A stretch of 64,000 nucleotides of DNA from the human T2T-CHM13v2.0 reference genome, Homo sapiens (GCF_009914755.1 NC_060933.1), one strand, 5' to 3'. Counted from the first letter of the stretch, positions 36,592 to 51,777 are shown. Notes: generated from the sequence alone by a model not told the origin. Numbers and translations are program-made.

Positions 36592-39423
36592 GTACAGCAG
36601 AGCCAATTTCTCCTGTGTCCATGTTCAGTTGCTGGACTAGTTTTGTGAATGTCCGTCTAGCTACTGTCAACTGGTGATGTATTATTTTCCTTCTGTTCAG
36701 GCCTACGGCCTCACCCTTACACCCTACTCCCAGCCACATACAGGTTAATCCTTCAGTTATTTTCTGTTTTCTGGGTCTCTGAATCACAGCCACCTAGAGA
36801 GTTTGCTTTTTGTTTATCTCTTAAATTCCCTAAGACTAATTCAAAGACTGAGAGTACATGAATTGTCCAAGTTCAACAGCTGAACTTTAGTTTGAAACTT
36901 TAGTCATAATTCTCTCTCTTTTTCTTTCCCTCCCTCTTTCTCAAACACACATACACACACTAGTGGGAATGCTAGTATTTTAAAAAGGTGAAATCAGTGA
37001 GCCTGGTTCTGCATTGAGGCTTTAAGGTTAACAACCTAAGGCTCTAGCTGAACACAGGATGAGGAAGCTCATTAAAAAATATAGAACCAACACCACCCTA
37101 GCCAGAGAGAATTTACATAAGGGAACCGTCAGCATCTGATTTTGATATAAATGAGAATATAAAAAGAGATCTTTATTGCAAGGGGAATGGAAAAGAAAGC
37201 TGAAATCTCTCAAGCTTAGCAACTCATAAACTTAAAGAAGTTTTACAGATGCAATAAATTCTGTCAACTGCAACTCAGAATGAAACCAGTGTGGGAAAAA
37301 TCCATTTTGCTTCAGCCTGTGTCAGTCAATCAGCAAATATCTCTTGAGTATCCTGTCGTGTAAGAAAGGGTCCCAAAGAAAAATAAGAAAGTGCTATCCT
37401 TCAAACAGATAACTCACACAGTGGTAGTTCAATAAACATTGTTGAATGAAGGAAGGAAGGAATGAATGAATGAGTCTATCACATTCAAATCCAGGAGTCA
37501 CCCAAAGTGCAGGCTCCCCTGGGGAAGGTGCAAACTTGGGGGAACAGTAGAACCTGCACAGACATTCATAGCCCGAACTTCTCTTGGTTACAACCATCTG
37601 GATAGAATCATAGCTGTGTCCATCTATAACTTCCTGCCAAAGAAATCTAGTACACCACTTTTATCACAATATTGCCTGGTTACTTTTAGTCCATTACAAA
37701 ACCCTCCAGGACATCATTAAACTTTACCATGGTTAATCAAAGATCTCTGAAAATCTTTTGTTTCCATTGCTAGGTAAGAAGAAAAACTATTTTCCATTGC
37801 TAGGCAGGAATAGCATGGCAACCTCCTTGACTTACTGATTTCTAAAAGAGTTAAACTGATTTCTAATACCTCTAGCAGAGTAGCAGCATCTAAGTTTTAC
37901 CACAGTCTTACAGAAACGGCTTCTTATTATTTGTATGCGAATTAAGTAGATAGTGTTGTAAGTATTCCTTACGTGATTTTATCAGTCTTTGATCACCTAA
38001 CTAAATTGAGCTATATTGCTCAGCTCCCTGGAGGAGAGAGGAAGCAAACAGGTGTTTCTGGTACCATGTTTCTACCCTTAGCTTAGACTCTTGCTCTTTA
38101 AGCTCATTGCCTAGACAATATCAAATAATTTTTGAACAAGCCTTTCTTCCTATAAATGTCATCTTATAGATGGACTCTTGCAGCAGCATTATTGAACTTT
38201 CCTCTTCGATTTACTAGTACTGGAGAAATCCAAGTTTCTCTGCACTTCTTAGGGATCCCAAAGGCCTAACTTGAGTTCCCATTACCAATTATTTAACTCT
38301 TACAAGTAGTTATAGTAATACACACACATGCACGCATGTACACACACACATGCACACACATACACACAAGCAAATACCAGAGTCCCACAATCAGGGGTGC
38401 ACTAGAAAGTAATGGAATCTTCGTTACACTCTATGTCCTATTTTGCTGATTTTTTTAAAGGAGGATAAAATAAGCATTTTATTTATTCATTTGGCTTTGA
38501 TTTAATTAATTATTTATTTATTTATTCATTCGTTTTCTTTACTCAACCAGTGTTTATTAGGTATATGCTCAGTACAAGGAATATAAAAATGAATGAGGCT
38601 CAGATCCTACCCTTGAAGAAGAAGAGATCACAGATGATAGAAGATTAAGATATGTAAGCAACTAACTACCATGCAATGTCATGTAAAGCCCACAGAAGGG
38701 CTACATAAAAAGACAGAGGAGTAGTTTTACCAGTTGCTGTAAAAAATAATGACAAATAGAGACCCAGCTGAGCCAGTGTTTAGACGGTTAAAATTCAGGC
38801 CATGCTGTATTCTAGAAAACTCCTGCTCATCACTCCACTCACCTCCCCCGACCCTACTTTATCCTCTATTAACAACATGAGTTGTTTAGGAATCTGCCCA
38901 TTCCTTTATAGTGAGTCTCTGCTTATACCTGAATTGGTGCACGCCTCCTAGCAGATAAGGGTGCCCCTAGGAATTTGCCCTTTTCTTCTTTGGAGGCCAA
39001 CTACCAAGCCGCCCAGCAACTGCACAGTTCCCCACAACCACTTAGGGAAAAATGGATCTAGACCCAGTTGGGGCAGAGAAGTTCTTACAGCACTCAGAAA
39101 GAACTAGTCATGGATTCAGCCCCAGTGCAGATGAGGAGACAGTATAGTTCAACACTAGAAAACTCTGGCTACATGTCTCAAAGTGGCCCTTAGTTCTTGG
39201 CAGGTCCCTGTTAGATAGAAATAGCTTCTCAGAGAGCAAAAGAACCATTTGACATCCATCATAGAAGCATGCATTGGGTAAGCAGGAAACTAAAGTTCAC
39301 TTACTTATATAACATATACAGGTAGAAATAAACATACAAAAATATATTTAAGACAAGGGATAAAATGAGAAATCAGAGTTTCCCTCACTAGTCCCTACTG
39401 CTGAACTCAAAATTCCACTTCCA

Positions 39424-40060
<637 letters not shown>

Positions 40061-41384
40061 AAAATTCTACTTCCACTTCTTGTTTTTCTGATGGTTTTTC
40101 TTCCTGATTCACTGATGGCTTCCTCTATAACTCTATATTTCCACCTCTGTTTCTTGATTCATTAACCTTAGCTGTGTTGGCTGACTCCCTACTATGAAAG
40201 AGAAGGAACTTATACTATTCCTTCTGCTTTTCTCTCTCTTCCTCGTAATTTTTAGTTTTGTTTTTATTTTGAACATTTTTCTTGGTTCCCTTTACAACTT
40301 TAGTACACTAAACCATTTATTTTTGGATCCATAAACTTTAGACAGTGTCTCTTGACACCCCACCATGTTAAAATGAATAAATCTCCCCCGACCCCGCATT
40401 TCCCTTCACCTCTCTTACCCCCTTGACTTCCCAAATTCTCCCAGATACACAATTACTGAACTTTCACATTGTTATGGCGTAGAACATTTATATTCCTACA
40501 GTTAAGCCTTCTGTGTTTGCTTATTGCATGATTTCCCTATGAGGGCGCCCTTGGCATTTTGAAGAGGACAGCTGTGCCTTTGCAGTGAGAACATTTCTCA
40601 CCTTACTGGATGTTTAGCATCTGTGATTATTCCAACAACCAAAATTATTTCCACACATTTCCAAATGGCCCTAGAGGTGTCATCCTATCCTTGGATGAGA
40701 ACCATTGGTCTTTAAATTGAATCTGACAATTGAAATTAAAAACCATCCTCACCTGCCATTCATTCTTGCTCCCCTGCAATCTGTCTCTGTCCAGCTGTAG
40801 AGTTATCGTGCTGCAACCCTCCTCTGCAGGGACCCTTTGGCTTCCTATTGCTTTTAGAGAAAAGGCATGCTCTAGCATCAGCCACCTCCCCAGGTTTACG
40901 TCTTGCATTTTCCATTCTAATCACACTGAGCAATCAGTTCCTGGGACACACTCTGCTCTCTCCTACCTTAGATTATTGCATTCCCTGTTGCCTCTGCCTA
41001 CACTCTTCTTATTTAGATCTCAGCTTAAACATCACTTCCTCAGAGAATCCTTCTCTGACCCCACTCTCCACTTCTATCCAGCATGGCCAGGTTAGGGTTC
41101 CCTGGCATCCTATGCTTCCCCTCCATCATCTTGGAGACAGCATAACATAGTGATTAGGAGAACAGACACAGCAATCTCTCTAGTTTTAAACCCCAAGTCT
41201 GCCACTTACTAGCTTTGCAATCAGAGTCAGTTTTCTTAATTTCTCTCTTAATTTTCCATCTGGGACCAAAAACCTAGCAATATACTTGGCACTCAGTTGA
41301 TGCTCAATAATTGTCTGTTGACTGATTGCCACATTCTGACTTTTGAGCAGGGGTTATTCACCCTTATTAAAATCACCTAGGGAG

Positions 41385-42000
<616 letters not shown>

Positions 42001-42044
42001 TTATAAAGCTGTGGAGCTTTATAATGCTGATGTCCAAGTGTTAC

Positions 42045-42455
42045 CTCAAACCAGGGAAAGCAGACCCTGAGATGGAGACTTACTTGCAGGAAGTTTATGA
42101 GGGTTGCTCTTGGGATCACCACTGAAGGAAAGGAAGGAAAGGAAGCAGGATCAGGCAGGGGAAGCTGTCGGGCTGCAGTGCATTCTCAAGGAAGGCCTCA
42201 GCTGACCTACAGGGAGCTCTGAAACTGGTGTGGCCTTTCAGAGTTGTCCTGTTTCAGAGCAATGTTGTCTTTATAGTCCCATATTGATTGGTCATTGGAT
42301 GCTGGCTACCTCAGGAAGAGGGTATTGCCTTGAAATGCCGAGCAACTTTCCACAGATTATTAACAAGCCGAGTGCTGTCCACTGGCTACACTTTCAGCAA
42401 CTGGGAGAATAAGCCCTTCATTCCTGAAGGATCAGTTGGGCGGTGCATCTACTAT
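42045..42455 (-). mobile_element. ERVL solo LTR (LTR16/LTR33-like) inside a MER5-like relic
   Basis: cagaccctgagatggaga...ctgggagaataagcccttcattcctgaagg; MER5-like pieces at about 41345-41384, 42010-42045 and 42456-42550. Confidence 0.65.
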
Positions 42456-43449
42456 ACTGATTAGGTCAGAATCTTTTGGTGTGGGGCCTGGGAATCAGTA
42501 TTTTATAAAGTGCACCAGGGTATTGTAACATCCAACATAGAGAACTATTGCTCTGAATAACCACAATAAAAGCAAAAAAGAAGAGAGCAATAAGAAAGAC
42601 CGTGTATTTCAGGCTCATATGCAGCTGAGCTGCACTGAAACCAGGCATGGTAGCCCAGCAGATTTTGTGGTAGCCAAAGGCCTGTGCAAGGATATGTCTG
42701 TGTAGTGCCCCTGCCCAGGTCCCCCACACTGAAGTGCTGGGAGACGTTCCTGTGACCATACAGCTGGGCAGCAACAGAGTTAGATGAATGGTCTTCCTGC
42801 CCCTAGGTAGCTTTTTCATTGTGAGTGACTCAGAAAGCTGGAGTCAGATCAGTAGTCCTCGTGTGTACCCTGTAAGCCAGGAACCCCTGTCAAGGCTTCA
42901 GAGATCAAGAGTTTTCCAGAGCTATGACACCCAAACCTACGCTACTGTTTTCCACATGTGGTTTCTGTCCACAGAGAGTACATGTTTCTCCAAAATTCTT
43001 GCCATTGAGAAAGGAGTTTTAAGTCACAGAGCACCCAAATAAGCATACGGCCAACACTTGTCAGGTGTCACAGTCTGTCTGGAAGCTTCATATTGGCTGT
43101 TGTGGGTGGTTTAATAACTCAGTATTGACTTTACTTCCAAACTGATGACAGTTTAACAGATTTTTCTGAGCCTATTGAGCTTAGCATACATTTTGTATTA
43201 GTTGGAATTTCTAATGACTGAGTCCTGAAATGAACTTGCTGGAACTTCTAGAAGGTTCAGAGTTCAACCTGGGTCAGAACAAGGCACAAGCTGGCTGTTT
43301 ATCAAGTACCTACTTTGTGCTGGGCAGCACATGCTCTCTTGTTCAGTCCTTAATACGCTACAGTAACACCAAATTTAGGTGAAGAAACTGAAGTTTCAGG
43401 AAATTTAAATAGTTTGATTCTTCCTGTTTCCTTGCCACTTTTCCCTAAA

Positions 43450-44300
43450 TTCCAGACGAAACCCTTCAGTGACACCCCTAAAATTCATCTCAAACATGTC
43501 TACTTCTCTCTCTCCAGCCACCACCCTAGTCTAAGCCACCATCATTTCTTACTTAAATGACTTCAATATCTTCGTAGCTGGATCTTCTCTTCCATCTTAC
43601 TCTCTCTATACTCCAGAGAGAGACAGAGAGACGCAGCAGCCAGAATCATTTCTTTGAAACAGGAATCAAATCTTGGACCTCCCCTGCGTGAAACTGTTCT
43701 ATGGCCTTCAGAATAAAGCTTCATCCCATACTGTGGTTTTTGAGGTCCTGCACAGTTGGATCACTGCCCACTTTGCTGGCTTCATCTGCCTTCATTCTGC
43801 CACATTCATAGAGTCCCACAGTCCACATAGTTACGTGGGCCTTCTCTCTGTTCCTTGAGTTCCAAGGCCTTTCCTAGCCCAGGGCCAGTGCTCTGCACAG
43901 GGGGTGCCTCCTGCCCTAGCCATTCCCATATCAAGCTGGCTCCCATGCTTTTGTCCCAGGTCAAGTGCTTCCTCTCAGAAAGGAACATTCCTGACTGCTG
44001 CCCAGTTTATAACCACTTTCCTCATACCCAGATTACTCCCCATTAGTTTGCCCAGTTTATTTTGTGTATAACATCCAAATCTGAAATGATCTCATTTGTT
44101 TATTTGTTACTTGTTTATTGTCCATCTCTTTTCCTGTGAAAATACAGCCTTCATGAGGACAGGGACCTTGTCGGTCTTGTTCATCTCTGTATCCACAGCA
44201 TCTAGCACTGTGCCCTGGTGCAAAGTAGGTCATCAGTAAAATTCTGTTCAATAAATTTTGTTTGGTACGTATGTGGTCAATGAATGAATAAAAGAATGAG
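43450..44300 (+). mobile_element. L2 LINE 3' relic
   Basis: ccaccaccctagtctaagccaccatcat...gcactgtgccctggtgcaaagtaggtcatcagtaaa...aatgaatgaat. Confidence 0.8.
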
Positions 44301-45899
44301 TGGGTGGACTTTCTAGGGTTGGGAAGTGGCAGAGCTGGGGTCTGAATCATGGTCTAGTCAACTTTGAAGCCTGCCTTTTAGTGCAGGGTATCTTTGGGTG
44401 GTCAAGGTCTCTCTCCAATCTTAGGGAAGGCCTGTTCTTGCGCACCTGGAGAAAATGAGGCTCTTCAAGCCTGCCTTGGGGTGTAGGCACCTTTTGTTAT
44501 TTAATTCTCACAGTACTCCTGTGAGGGAAGTAAAGTATTTCTTTTCAGTGTCCTTGACATTTTAGAATGCAGTCTAGCTTAAGGTCCCCCAGATGATCTA
44601 GTAGAAATGAATGCCTAAACTGAGAGCCTGGCACACATGTGTCACCTGCCTATGCTTTTTGTGACCTCTGAACCCATTCTAAAGCATGTCAGGTGTGTTC
44701 TTGAGGGCCCAACTCAAAGACAGTACGTGCCTTCATGAACATTATTTCCACCTCTCAGTGAGTTGTCACATGTGACCAGAGCTGAGGTGAGTGAGCAGCA
44801 GCCCGCACAGAACTGTAAAGAAGTCCAGCCTTTCAGCTTCTCTCCAGTTACTTCCCTCACTCCTGATGCCTGCCTTCTGCCTCCCCTGTGCCTTTCTGAT
44901 GGCCTCCCACTCTGGATGTTGCTTTACCTTGCTTTCTCCTATTTGCAGTTATCCAACCTGTTTTAAGGACAATGGGCTGCTTATTAATAACCCCTTGCTG
45001 TCTTCCCTGGGTAGTTTAATCTTTGGCAGAAACTATAGGGATGAAGCAACGCTAAGAGTTTCCCTCAGACCATTCTAGCAAAGTAGCCTTATGGACAGAT
45101 TCTGTGTGATATTATCACAGCCTCCAACAACAGAGGCTAGGCTGTTGTTGAACACTCTCCAGCACTTCATTTGATGCCACAGCTCCCTAGGAAGGAAAGC
45201 AGTCCAGCGCCATTTAACAGATGAGGAATGCTCAGACAGAAAATTAAGGACATTGTTCAACATTACACAGCTATTAAGTGGCTGAACTGAGAAGCAGATC
45301 CAGGTCTTTTTGACTCCAGAATTGATGCTTTTTACACTAAGCCTAGTGTAAAAAGCCTCCCAGCCCTCGCCTGGCTAACATCAAAAGTGTAGGATCAGGT
45401 CCAGCCCTAACTCTCAGGATTCCTGAAAAAAATTTGGACTTTATTTTTAACCTTCTGGTGTTCTAGTTTAGAAATAACTTTGGCTCCTAGGAGGGGTCAA
45501 AATTCGGCATTATAGTTTGAGCTAGTTATGTAACCTTCCTGAGCCTTCCTTTTCTTTCATGTGTAAAATGGGTATACCAGGAGTATAGCCATATATCCAT
45601 AGTACCTGGTAAAGCTCAAAGGCAATGCATCATATAAAGTTCTTAGCATATAAAGTTCTTAGCATAGTACCCACACATATCATTTATTAAATTTAGCTGA
45701 GCAGAGAGAAAAAGACTAATGAATGTTTTTTTCTTAGTCCTGATCCCCATAAGGTTTTATAGACAACATCTCTTTAATACGTGGATAATTCTACACCTGA
45801 TTTTTGCTCTGAAGTTCTTTAAACTAAAAATCAGGTCAGAATTAAACCTTTATTTTAATAAGATGATACTTTCTTAAAGAAATGGCTGCTTTTATACAA

Positions 45900-47046
45900 T
45901 TATAAACAGTTTAAAATAATAAAACTTTATTTAATGTTTTAAGAAACGTTTTGAAAAAGGATGAATCATGAAATGGTCCTCTGGATCTGTTTTTCCTCTT
46001 TATGAAATAGAGAGCAGGTAATCAACAGTTACATTGAGACTTTCACACATTAAGGAGGATAATGAGGAGAGAGAACAATTCAGTCCAAAACACTTTTCCT
46101 AAAGGCCAAATATTAGGAAAGACTAGAGAGTGATTGTCAGAAATTCCATAACAATGGACACAAACATTAGCCCTTATATATTCAAATCCTTAGTTTATCT
46201 TTATGCTTGGTCACCCATGGTAGCATACATATTAGATCCTGCAACGCCTTCTGGCCTGAAGCTAGCCTTTCCTTTAACAAAGATCGTTCAGTGGTCTGTT
46301 AATTAGAAGCACTGGGAGGAACTCGATATTGTGTTCATTAAATATTTCTTTTGGAGAAAAATCGTTAAACAGTCCATAAATGAAAATGACTAAAGGCATT
46401 CCATTTCACTGGGATCAGGCTTAATAATCAGCCCAGCAGTCATTAAAATCTTCATGGTAAATCCTTTTAAGTCTGCATCTTTACTCTGTCATAGGACTGA
46501 AAAAAAAAACTTCAAAGTCATTTATGTATTTGGGAGAAAGCCCCCATCCAACCAGTTTTTAAAAATATAAATACATATTTTTTTTTCACTAGGTGAGAAT
46601 CTTGTGTCAGCCCTTCTCATCTTATGTCTCGTGGAGCACAAATGCCTTGAGATATTCCATTGAAAAAGAGTTCTGTTGTCAGATGAGTTTGCAGAACTTG
46701 GCAGACTGGATCTCTACTCCACACACATGAAGATTCACAAAGCACAGTGACATATTAGAAACTCTCAGTAAGGTTGACATTAAAGAATCCAGTTTAACCT
46801 TGTTAAAGGGTGGCAATTTTCTCAAAGCAATTAACCTAGAACCCTTGTCTTGTATAGCACCTATCACCATCATACTACTCTCATAGCACTTAATGCATTA
46901 TGTTGAAATTGTACTTACCTGTCTCGTTAAATCAGATGTAAGCTTCTGGAGAATACGGCTCCATGTTTTTTGTTTTGTTTTGTTCTTTTAATTCCTAACA
47001 TCAAGGCAATTTCTGGAACAGAGTGGGTTCTCCTGTTAGTAACCCA
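45900..47046 (-). ncRNA. Candidate 3' exons of an antisense lncRNA (probably MAMDC2-AS1)
   Basis: Minus strand shows perfect donor CAG|GTAAGT (46921-46913), acceptor T10-CAG at 46498-46497 with upstream TGAC, and AATAAA at 45931-45926. I recall an antisense lncRNA in this part of MAMDC2; boundaries are inferred. Confidence 0.45.
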
Positions 47047-47256
47047 CTAAATAGTTAAGACAGAAAACTATACTATCAATGAATAGGTGTTGATGGTAAG
47101 GAAGAACATAATTCCATCAAAGGAAAAAGGAAGATTAAATGTTTCTGCCTTTGGCTAAGATAAACTATAATCCCTTATAGCATAGCACCTGAGCAATTTG
47201 TCCTACAAGGAATTTTAGTGTGAATACTTAAAACCAGGAATACCTGGCTAGAGTGA

Positions 47257-47639
<383 letters not shown>

Positions 47640-50600
47640 TGAAACAGCTTCCCATTCTTAAACTGTGCCTTTTCCTATTCCCAAGAACCTAAATCAAGTT
47701 TTACCAGCCCCCAAGCAAATCCCAATCCTTTCCCTGCCCCACAACACAGCTTATCCAGCCTCCATTCTGCGATCATGGTCAGTGATGTGGTTGCTTCCAC
47801 GTCATACCCTCCCCACCTCCAGGTCTTCCTGGCTTCTCCACCTTGGTCCTCCTAATGCCTGGAAACCCAGGGTAGCTTTCATCTTTACCCCAGTCTTCTC
47901 AGCACAGCTGGAGAAAATAAGACTAATCTCCACTGTCCCCTCCATTCTGCTGGGAAAGCCTTTTATGCATCTCATCTCTTGTTGACTTTTCCTCGTCCCC
48001 CATCCCAGATATTCAGGTCTATTTTCACTCGCAAATTTCCAACTTGACCCTCCCTGCCTCATTCTTAGGATGTGATCTCATGGGTTCATCTCCCAAAGGA
48101 TAAAGGCATCCAACACAAGCTCCTTCAGTTCTGTTCCTCTCTGAATCTTCACCTGCCTCTCTTCATCTCCTGATCAATCTGACAAAGAAAGTATTATCCT
48201 TGCTCTTCGTCAAAACCAACCTGCCCATCTAGGCATTTGATCTCACCTTCTTGCCTCCTCTGGGAACTTATTTCATAAATTATTCCCTCTCTCGTAAATC
48301 TTCAATCTCCATTAGTCCTTTGCATACTGCCAATATATGTTAGTCTCCTGCATTCGACACCGATGAACAATAAACCTTCCTTTCATCTCAGTACCCATTT
48401 AAGTTGCCAATCCCTCCCATTCCTTCAGCCTCCAAACTTCTGGAAAGATGTATCTTCAATTATTGTCTTCACTCCAGTGTGGCTTCTCATTCCTCAAATC
48501 CTTGTCTTCTGCCCTCTGCCTTCCTCCTCCAATGCTCCCTCAGCGTTTATCAACAGCAAAGTATATCTCATTGATCTTGTTGCAGAAATCATTATACATA
48601 CCCAGGAAAGTCCTATGCTTCTCTCAATGTCTACCTCAAATGCCTCTTCCTCTTTGAATCTTTTATAAGTCATTGACTTGGGTTTTACTTGTTGGAATGG
48701 TATTTGTGTAATGAAGGAGCTCTAGTTCAGGAATATAAAGAGTTGCCCTGACTCTAGCATTTACTATGTAAATCAGAATGTCATGTCACCTTTCTATGAA
48801 ACAAGGACATGTTTTAAAATGACTTCTAGGTCTCTTCTACCTCCTGTTATATTTTTGGCATCTTAATAGCAGAAACTGTGTTTTAACATTGTGCAACATG
48901 GTTCTTGTTGGTAATTTTCTCTACTCCTTCATTTTCTCTTACAAAAATCTTTCCCTTTTAGGAAAAAAAAAGTTGAAGTTTAAGTCTTTGATTCAAATTT
49001 CCACTTTTAAAATCTTTTTAACTATGCCCTTACAGAATGACAATATGATTACATGTAAAATACCTAGGGTTCTGAAATTTTAAAGGCAGCTCTAGAAGTT
49101 CACTCGAATAGAAGAGCAAGTCTAGAAAGTTTCTGTAGAGATTTATAAATAGTTGGCTATTTAACAGCCAGACATCCTGCTATAAAGAGATTAAGGAAGC
49201 AGAAAACCAATGTGTAGACAAGACACATGAGAGGAGGTGAATTTCCTATCACATTTCATGATGTCTGGGAACACTGGAAGAGAACTGCTTCAGGATATTA
49301 ATGTCCCAGCATTATTAAAGCAGAGCAGCTGAGAGCAAAGTAGAAATAGAAAGGTCATTAATTACTGACAAGATAATCAACACATTATAGAGCAGATTAA
49401 GGTGGCTTTGTACACAGAACAAGGAAAATTATACTGTCAAGTGGAATAAGTTTTCATGTCAAAGAATAAGGAGCTAAGTATGGAAAAGGAACCTACTCTT
49501 GAGTTTTTCAAGCTAAACTCAGCATCATTTGTGAGTTCATGAATTCTACATTGCTTTAAATATGAGTAAGGCAGGCTGAGATACTCTTGTTTTCCTTCTG
49601 TTTCATTTCCTTTCAGTTATTTGTTGAGACCTTCTGTGTTTCATGCCAACTTATGAGAAAATTACTGGGAAGATAGATTAGCACAACTGGTAGTTGCTGA
49701 CACATACTTTACACGAACATAGTGTTTATGTCAGTCCATTCTTTCGTGAGTTTTCTGAGTAATTTCATGGAACATTGTTGGATCAGCAATTTGTTCTCCC
49801 AGCAATATGGAGACATCCGAAAAGACAGACCAGGCATTCTTTCCCTATAGTTTTACTAATAAGCTTAATTAGGCAAACATTTATTCCAAAGTTTGTTTAT
49901 GAACCTGAAAATACCACTTCCCTTCCCCACTTCCAAACTTCTATCTTGTGAATATTTCACAGCCGTACAGTCATTGCATTTTAAAGAAATATTTTCCCAA
50001 ATTCTAGGTGATGCCACATTATTTTTTGATGCTCGCATTGAGATTCTCTGGGGATCCTCTGGTTTTCTGAGCTCATAGACCAAATAAGTATTTGCTGGCC
50101 TCTAGAGCTATAAGCTCAACTCATGCAATTAGAAATTGACAATTCACACGTTAATAAAGACTCTCTAATTTCACCAGAGGAAACATACCTTATTTCCTTT
50201 TGCATAGATATGCCTACCTTTCCCTCCTCCTCTTATATGTCTTTCTCTGGATATTTTCTGCACTATCTGTTTAGTACTTACTTCTAGTAGAAGTCTCTCT
50301 CCAGTGAGTCCACAAATCACTTCCCTCTGGCATATCCCACCACATCACTGACAGTCCATGAGCATTTACTTTTGTTTAGTATCAGGTTACATGTGTATCT
50401 ATACGATGCTCAAAGATAAATTACTATTTGTGGCCCTCCCATTTCATCTCAATCTTCAAACCAAGACATTTGGTTCTGCTTTATTCAAACGAGGAATGCC
50501 ACATAAACAAATCTGAAAGGCAAATGTCAAGTCAGAGGGGGAAAAAAAGGTTGCAACATATGCAACAAAGTCTTAATACATTTAAAATAAATATATAAAT

Positions 50601-50737
50601 CTAATAAATCAATAAGCCAAAGGTAAACTAAGCAATAGGAAAGCGGATAGGATATATACAGGCAAATCAGAAAAAAAGAAATATAACCAGAAAATAAATG
50701 CACAAATATACCCAACCTCATTATAATCAAAGACATT

Positions 50738-51021
50738 ATGTTTTTAGACAGGGTCTTACTCTGTCACCCAGGCTGGAGTCCAGTGGTGTGATCATAGCTC
50801 ACTGTAACCTTGACCTCTGCAAGGTCAGGTGATCCTCCCACCTCAGCCTCCCAAGTAGCTGGAAGTACAGGTGTGCACCATCATGTACAGCTAATTTTTG
50901 CATTTTTTGTAGAAATGTGGTCTCACTATTACCCAGCTTGTCTCAAACCCCTGGGCTCAAGCGATCCACCCATGTATGACCTCCCAAAGTGCTTTACAAG
51001 TGTTAGCCAACACACCCAGCC
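50738..51021 (-). mobile_element. Alu (AluJ-like, diverged) within old L1 sequence
   Basis: agacagggtcttactctgtcacccaggctgg...cacacccagcc. Confidence 0.9.
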
Positions 51022-51431
51022 AAAGAAATCTTAAAAGTAATGAAATAATACATTTGTCTATCAAAATATTTTAAAAACATAATACCCTGGAGTATGATGT
51101 TTGTATTAATTGCTGTATTTATACTGTACACTGTTTGTATTGTTCAATTTATGAATTAAGACATAAATCTTTCACTTTAGATGCAAGTATAAATATATAT
51201 ACCCATTTATATATATACATATATGCATATTTGGGTCTAAAGTGAAATATTTATTTTTAAATATATATAATATGTACATATATACATATAAATGTTTTCT
51301 GGTCTAAGTGAAAGATTTATTTTTCAATATATGTACTATACATATGTATACATATTAATGTTTTCTAAAGTGAAAAAATTTTTAATTGATAATTGAATAA
51401 ATACATTCAAATGTACTTATATATGTATATA

Positions 51432-51777
51432 CAGTCATGTATCACTTAATGATAAGGATACATTCCAAGAAATGTGTTCGTTAGGCAATTTTGTCCTTGT
51501 GAGGATATCATAGAATATTTATACAAACCTAGATGGTATAGCCTACTACACACCTAGACTGTATGGTATAGCCTATAGATCCTGGGCTTTAAACCTATAC
51601 AGCATGTTATTGTATTAAATAATGGCAACAGTTACAACACAATGGTAAGTATTTTTGTATCTAAACATATCTAAAGAGACAGAAGTACAGTAAAAATATG
51701 GTAGTATAATCTTATGGAACTACCATTGTACATGCAGTCCATCATTGACTGGAATGTCATTATGCAGTGTATGACTG
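51432..51777 (-). mobile_element. TcMar-Tigger MITE (Tigger3a-like)
   Basis: TIR cagtcatg...tatgactg; TA TSD at 51430-51431 and 51778-51779; 346 bp; internal cctagatggtatagcctactacacacctag. Confidence 0.9.
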
